From the NCBI RefSeq assembly GCF_009834535.1, contig NC_045705.1:71796001-71860000 (forward strand): a DNA stretch of 64,000 nucleotides, in the 5' to 3' direction. The first letter of the stretch is position 1. Each line of letters opens with the position of its first letter. Positions 63,275-64,000 of this stretch are shown here, piece by piece. The stretch is from Camelus ferus. Taxonomy: Eukaryota. The notes under the pieces were generated by a model. That model saw nothing but the letters and a program-made list of their open reading frames with translations, was not told the origin of the DNA and did not search any database. The translations under genes were made by a program, and so were the position numbers.

Positions 63275-64000
63275 TGTGGCAGTGTGATCTGTGGTCAATA
63301 CAGGTTTGACCTTTGTCCCCAGTTCCTGGCTCACACACCCCCAAACCCTCGGAATTTCCTAAGAGCAACGGGAGCATCTTTTTACGACATTGGGTCTTTT
63401 GGCCTCAGTTCCTGAAATCCCCTCGGAGCCAGGAAGTGAGACAGGTGTCTTGATATCCATAACAAGCCTCCCACGACCACGCGGAGTCTGTGTTAATGAG
63501 GTGACTCTAGGAAATCCCCCAAGGATGGGGGTATGGTGGCCAGGGGAACCACCCATGATTAGAGGGGTGGAGCCTCCGTGAAAACCCATAAAGGGGGGCG
63601 TTCAGAGAGCTTCCAGGTTGGCCAACCAGAATGGGTTCACGTACTGGGCTCCAAACTCCGCAGGGACAGAAGCTCCTGTATTTGCAACCCTTCCAAACCT
63701 CGCCCTGTGTATCTCTCCTCTGGCTGTTCATCTGTACCCTTTAATATCCTTTGTAATAAACCAGCAATCTAGTAAGTAAACTGGTATCCTGGATTCTGTG
63801 AACTGCCCTAGCAAATCAATCGAACCAGAGAAGGGGGTCGTGGGAACCTGCTCCTTGTCGTCGGTTGGTCACAAGCACAGGTGGCAACCTGGCTTGGCAC
63901 CTGAAGTGGGGGCCGTCCCGTGGGACTGAGCCCTTGCCCTGTGGACTCTGGTGCAATCTCCAGGCAGACAGAGTCAGAAGAAGAAGTGAGTTGAATTGTC
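63275..64000 (+). mobile_element. MER21-like LTR (runs off the window)
   Basis: Starts TGTGGCAGTGTG...TTTGTCCCCAGTTCCTGGC...AAACCCTCGGAATTTCCT; AATAAA at 63755-63760. Confidence 0.7.

Overview
Mammalian GC-rich, gene-dense locus. It is the reverse complement of the block syntenic with human 11p15.5. Left to right: CRACR2B (-, 3' part runs off the window), PNPLA2/ATGL (-), RPLP2 (-) hosting SNORA52, PIDD1 (+), SLC25A22 (+), CEND1 (+), GATD1/PDDC1 (+) and TALDO1 (-), then about 6.5 kb of nested L1/L2/ERV-LTR debris. A tRNA-derived SINE resembling the camelid Vic-1 family and the short artiodactyl-type ATGL C-terminus suggest a camelid (inference). I assembled the exons by hand. PNPLA2 (486 aa), RPLP2 (115 aa), SLC25A22 (322 aa), CEND1 (146 aa), GATD1 (220 aa) and TALDO1 (337 aa) splice into intact ORFs. 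PIDD1 is the exception and has three oddities: (i) a +1 frameshift in LRR exon 3 with a premature stop, (ii) His->Arg in the HFS motif of the second autoproteolysis site that releases PIDD-CC, and (iii) a non-canonical GC donor competing with an in-frame GT donor. Other leads are a PANO1-position antisense ORF, an 18-bp E2F-type palindrome, a p53 site carrying an upstream AUG, a bidirectional RPLP2 promoter and a 73-nt Z-forming repeat in the SLC25A22 3'UTR. Comparisons with human proteins and repeat families are from memory, not from searches. No prokaryotic features or CRISPR arrays.
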